The notes under the pieces are model-generated. The model searched no databases. It had not been told where the DNA came from and saw only the letters and a program-made list of their open reading frames with translations. From positions 3,596,001-3,660,000 of the forward strand of contig NC_134036.1 in the NCBI RefSeq assembly GCF_964204645.1: a DNA stretch of 64,000 nucleotides, in the 5' to 3' direction. Made by a program: the position numbers and the translations under genes. This DNA is from Tubulanus polymorphus. Lineage: Eukaryota; Animalia; Nemertea. Position 1 is the stretch's first letter. Every line of letters begins with the position of its first letter. This document shows positions 61,501 through 64,000 of the stretch, piece by piece.

Positions 61501-63735
61501 CACTAATTTCAATACAAAATACAATGTCCCCTTCTTAGAAAAACTTAGCGTTATCGAAATAAAACGCGCGGGCTGAAGCCAAACTTACTATTACCTCTTT
61601 GGGAAACGAAACTCGCGCTATCTCAACCAATGTCGTAGTGAAGGACGCGGTAGGTTGCGCGTCGGGTGCGTCACTATCGTCAGCTTCGACTTCATTCTTA
61701 ACGTTGGTCAAGGAAAACAAAACCAGCCTGAATAAATGATAAAATAGGCGATATATATGGCATTGACATTATCAGATTTCGACGTATATTCTATGAATAA
61801 CAGAAGGCGATGATTTTCTAGATTATGCTAGAGCTTACTTGCCATCCTTGGTACCGACCGCTATCAATGAACCAGTACTAGTCGCATCCACGCACAAAGC
61901 CGGGGCTCCCTGCGCAAAGAATACAAAAGATGTACAAATGAACAGTTGCCCATCAGTATTTTTTGCGACGGAAAATGAAGTCATTCTCCCGGCAGGAAAC
62001 ATAGCACCAGCCGGTGGCGCCGCTCCCGCTTAAAGCCAAGCAGCCAATCAACTCGAAGTAAACACGTTCCTTTCAGTTCCGGAACTCAGGCGTAAAGGTG
62101 TATTTTCGTGATCCAACGCATCATCGATATTGACGGTTTTGACGAAAACACGTATAATTCGGTGGTCGCTCGTGGCGAGGGGGCTTTACTTTGAGCACGA
62201 TCGCTTAACTCAACAGAGATGACGGTGCCCCATCCGCCGATCGAAGTAAGCTCAATCCAAAAGGTTATTCAAAGATCATTCTCAACGGAACTGGGAGAAT
62301 TGTATCGGAAAAACGTACACCCACGAAGAGAAATTAAATTAATAATGACGCTTTCACTCAATTCGAATTTCTCATAGATTTTAAGTCGAAACTTCTGAAT
62401 AACTGTCGGGATTTTTATCAAACACAGTCGCTCGCCTATAGAAACCGACAGGGCATGCGGGGTCTACCGTTGGCTTCAGAATTTGGTACGGGCACAGATA
62501 ACCGTAGGTAGATACACCTTGGAGTATGATACACTTACCGTCATCACGTGTTTCCAAAGGGCTACGTGTCGCGACGCATCGAACAGACACAGCGAACTGT
62601 CGTATCCGGCCGTCAGGAACAGCGAGGTATTCGAGTCGAGTTGAATACTAGTCAAACCGCGCAAATCATCGTAATGGCTCTAAATATATGGTTGTGGAGA
62701 AATTGACAAAAACGAATGAACGCGGATATTTTCGAGACATTGGGGTTGAAGGCAACAATAATACAATATTGCAATAAGTGATGCAAAAATGCCAAAAGGC
62801 AAACATACCTCTCATTTTGGGGGGAAAAGAAATTTCGAACCCGTTAAAATTATGTAAATTCTACTTTCCAACTAGGATGTATCTGTACTCCAACTATAAG
62901 AGATTTCAAAATCGAACCCGCTCGTACCATTTCCCGGCAAGTGTGGTGAATGAATGAACACTTAATTTTTCAAATATAATTTACAGCATATTGTACAGAG
63001 CATAATACAAAATACAGTAAATTAGACTTGGAGGGGCCTGTAGAAACTAAGAAATAGTTTACATAAAACAGGTCCCTCAAAAGAGAAAAGTGGTGGGGCA
63101 ATGATCGAATGTGGTTCGCATGCAAAGATGACCAAAGCTTCTTTGACCGAACACTGATTTCCTGGAGGGAAGTATAAACATTTGTGATTTACCTGCGTCA
63201 GCGAGCCTGGGTTGAGCTGCACGTCCTGTAACGGGAAGTATTGAGTGTTGATGTTGGCGGTCAAGATACTGTTGGTGGTAGTGCCCATTAGTAGCATGTC
63301 TTTGTAAAGTTTGAGCATTCGAACACCGCCTTCGTGAGCTGGAATCTGAAGAGTATTCAGTTGATGCTAATGAGTTGCAGGAACAAAATAGACGATATGC
63401 AAATAAGGCAATGGGTACCGTTGGCCATCGGTGGAGTTGGCGTCTTATAAGGCAACAGGTTGGGAGCTCGGTTTTGAAATTAAGAAACCCCCTGATTTGT
63501 GTCCGGCAGGTGTGGTGGACTCGTAAGGGATACAAAAAATAACAACATAGAAATTGCATCAATCAAGACGGCCAAAAAATCAATATTTCGAGTTTCCAAA
63601 TGACGTCTTCGTAATACGTACTTTCAGTATACCGACCGAGTCCATGTACCGATCCCAAATCCAACTGCGCACTTTGTTATCACGGCCACCAGTGAGCAGA
63701 ACATTCTTAATCAACAGTAGCGAAAATACCGGACC
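52511..63735 (-). CDS. Echinoderm microtubule-associated protein-like (EML/EMAP) WD40 protein, divergent; last 10 exons, 5' part outside window
   Basis: Minus-strand in-frame exons: 63735-63622 (GPVFSLLLIKNVLLTGGRDNKVRSW), 63345-63193 (IPAHEGGVR..LLMGTTTNSIL), 62679-62539 (SHYDDLRGL..FLTAGYDSSLCLFD), 61909-61839 (ALCVDATSTGSLIAVGTKDG), 61727-61595, 61325-61167, 60545-60440 (GYINAIDWS), 59776-59684 (WASNNCRLAYNVS), 59116-58983 (GIW..SHNNKLIAMGNSNGYVSLYKHPC), 52633-52511 (CFTRDSRYIITVGGVDTCIMQWMLV*). Collinear with the EML1-4 C-terminal propeller as I recall it. Confidence 0.85.
54269..55477 (-). CDS. Rhodopsin-class orphan GPCR nested in the last EML intron, intact copy
   Basis: 7TM with LAVCD, IERF, LPHA and INFFIY. 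Likely start MDNFT (ATG 55477). Probable 5'UTR intron with GTGAGT donor ~55593 and acceptor at 55502. Confidence 0.88.
   Translation of the reverse strand: MDNFTGIAIATTRRSYTYRTHPPWKVFAIKVRFYSDWNTLARSVFMYPLGSVFNFLTIILLIKCRRYQSVRYTFPYLITLAVCDQIVVLYNVTEHFAANLVAFLTRVRLTRCNTYLMSFAKLIDQCPNIYYVYYYFHHILEQWIPYCFLNILFVEEAVMICNYIVLVIAIERFVSIRFPFFHMKNFSATWCKIAVVVVVLWSYAVQMVFNIWYSDVRRIEYFSRRSNVTYYRWSCSISKTLTRHFTRSNIALMRETRPFISVFIEDIFAGVVIVIASVLTAVWRAKKSAYPLRTKTDRTQKSSASKTLLVVVIVYIVLVLPHAIFNFLSSFNSFVQKLYYRYTGHKPDIKFFNYFFGMLWSDFERLCAILRQFIYCINFFIYIATMRVFRKQFIKLFTWKSR
57136..58336 (-). pseudogene. Duplicate of the nested GPCR with a frameshift in ECL2
   Basis: 16 nt replace 12 nt at ~57661-57676, splitting the gene into ORFs 57476-58450 and 57136-57585. 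A terminal TGG>TGA change also removes 4 residues. Confidence 0.75.
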
Positions 63736-64000
63736 CTTGAAAAAAAAACCAGAAATATATGAACATAGATTTTGCGATAGACCTGGCTACATCACCAGGT
63801 ACGCACGTGTGCAAATCATGCATTGTATTGTTTATTTCTTCTTGGGACCAAAAGCTTTGCTGTCTTCGTGCCAATAGTAGACAAAAATGACGAAGTTACG
63901 AGCTATAAGAACTCGTTATGATAATGAAATACACACGAGCTCTACGTGCAGTAAAGACGCCGTTTGTAAAACTAACATCCTATAATCTCCGGTCAATGTT

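Overview
This is animal (invertebrate, probably lophotrochozoan; inferred) genomic DNA, intron-rich, so most short ORFs in the supplied track are spurious. I rebuilt genes by hand from GT-AG junctions and reading-frame continuity. Left to right: (1) last coding segment of ARL8; (2) a complete 22-coding-exon KIF23/MKLP1 gene (3961-17312); (3) a gene largely invisible to the ORF track (19753-32066, 36 exons, ~708 aa) encoding a probable secreted protein with a SEA domain and 11 four-cysteine, follistatin-N-like modules, ten of them split between a 14-17 nt micro-exon and a 76-94 nt exon, in five A/B/linker super-repeats; (4) six tandem, mosaic rhodopsin-class GPCRs with single-exon CDSs (+ strand); (5) a repeat-rich spacer with tRNA-derived SINE heads and a minisatellite with a 172-bp higher-order repeat; (6) the 3' part of an EML/EMAP-like WD40 gene (- strand) whose last intron (~6.3 kb) hosts two same-strand GPCR copies, one frameshifted. 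Introns carry Harbinger-like and hAT-like MITEs and a truncated L2-type LINE. Exon coordinates were read by eye; repeat boundaries are approximate; no database search was run.
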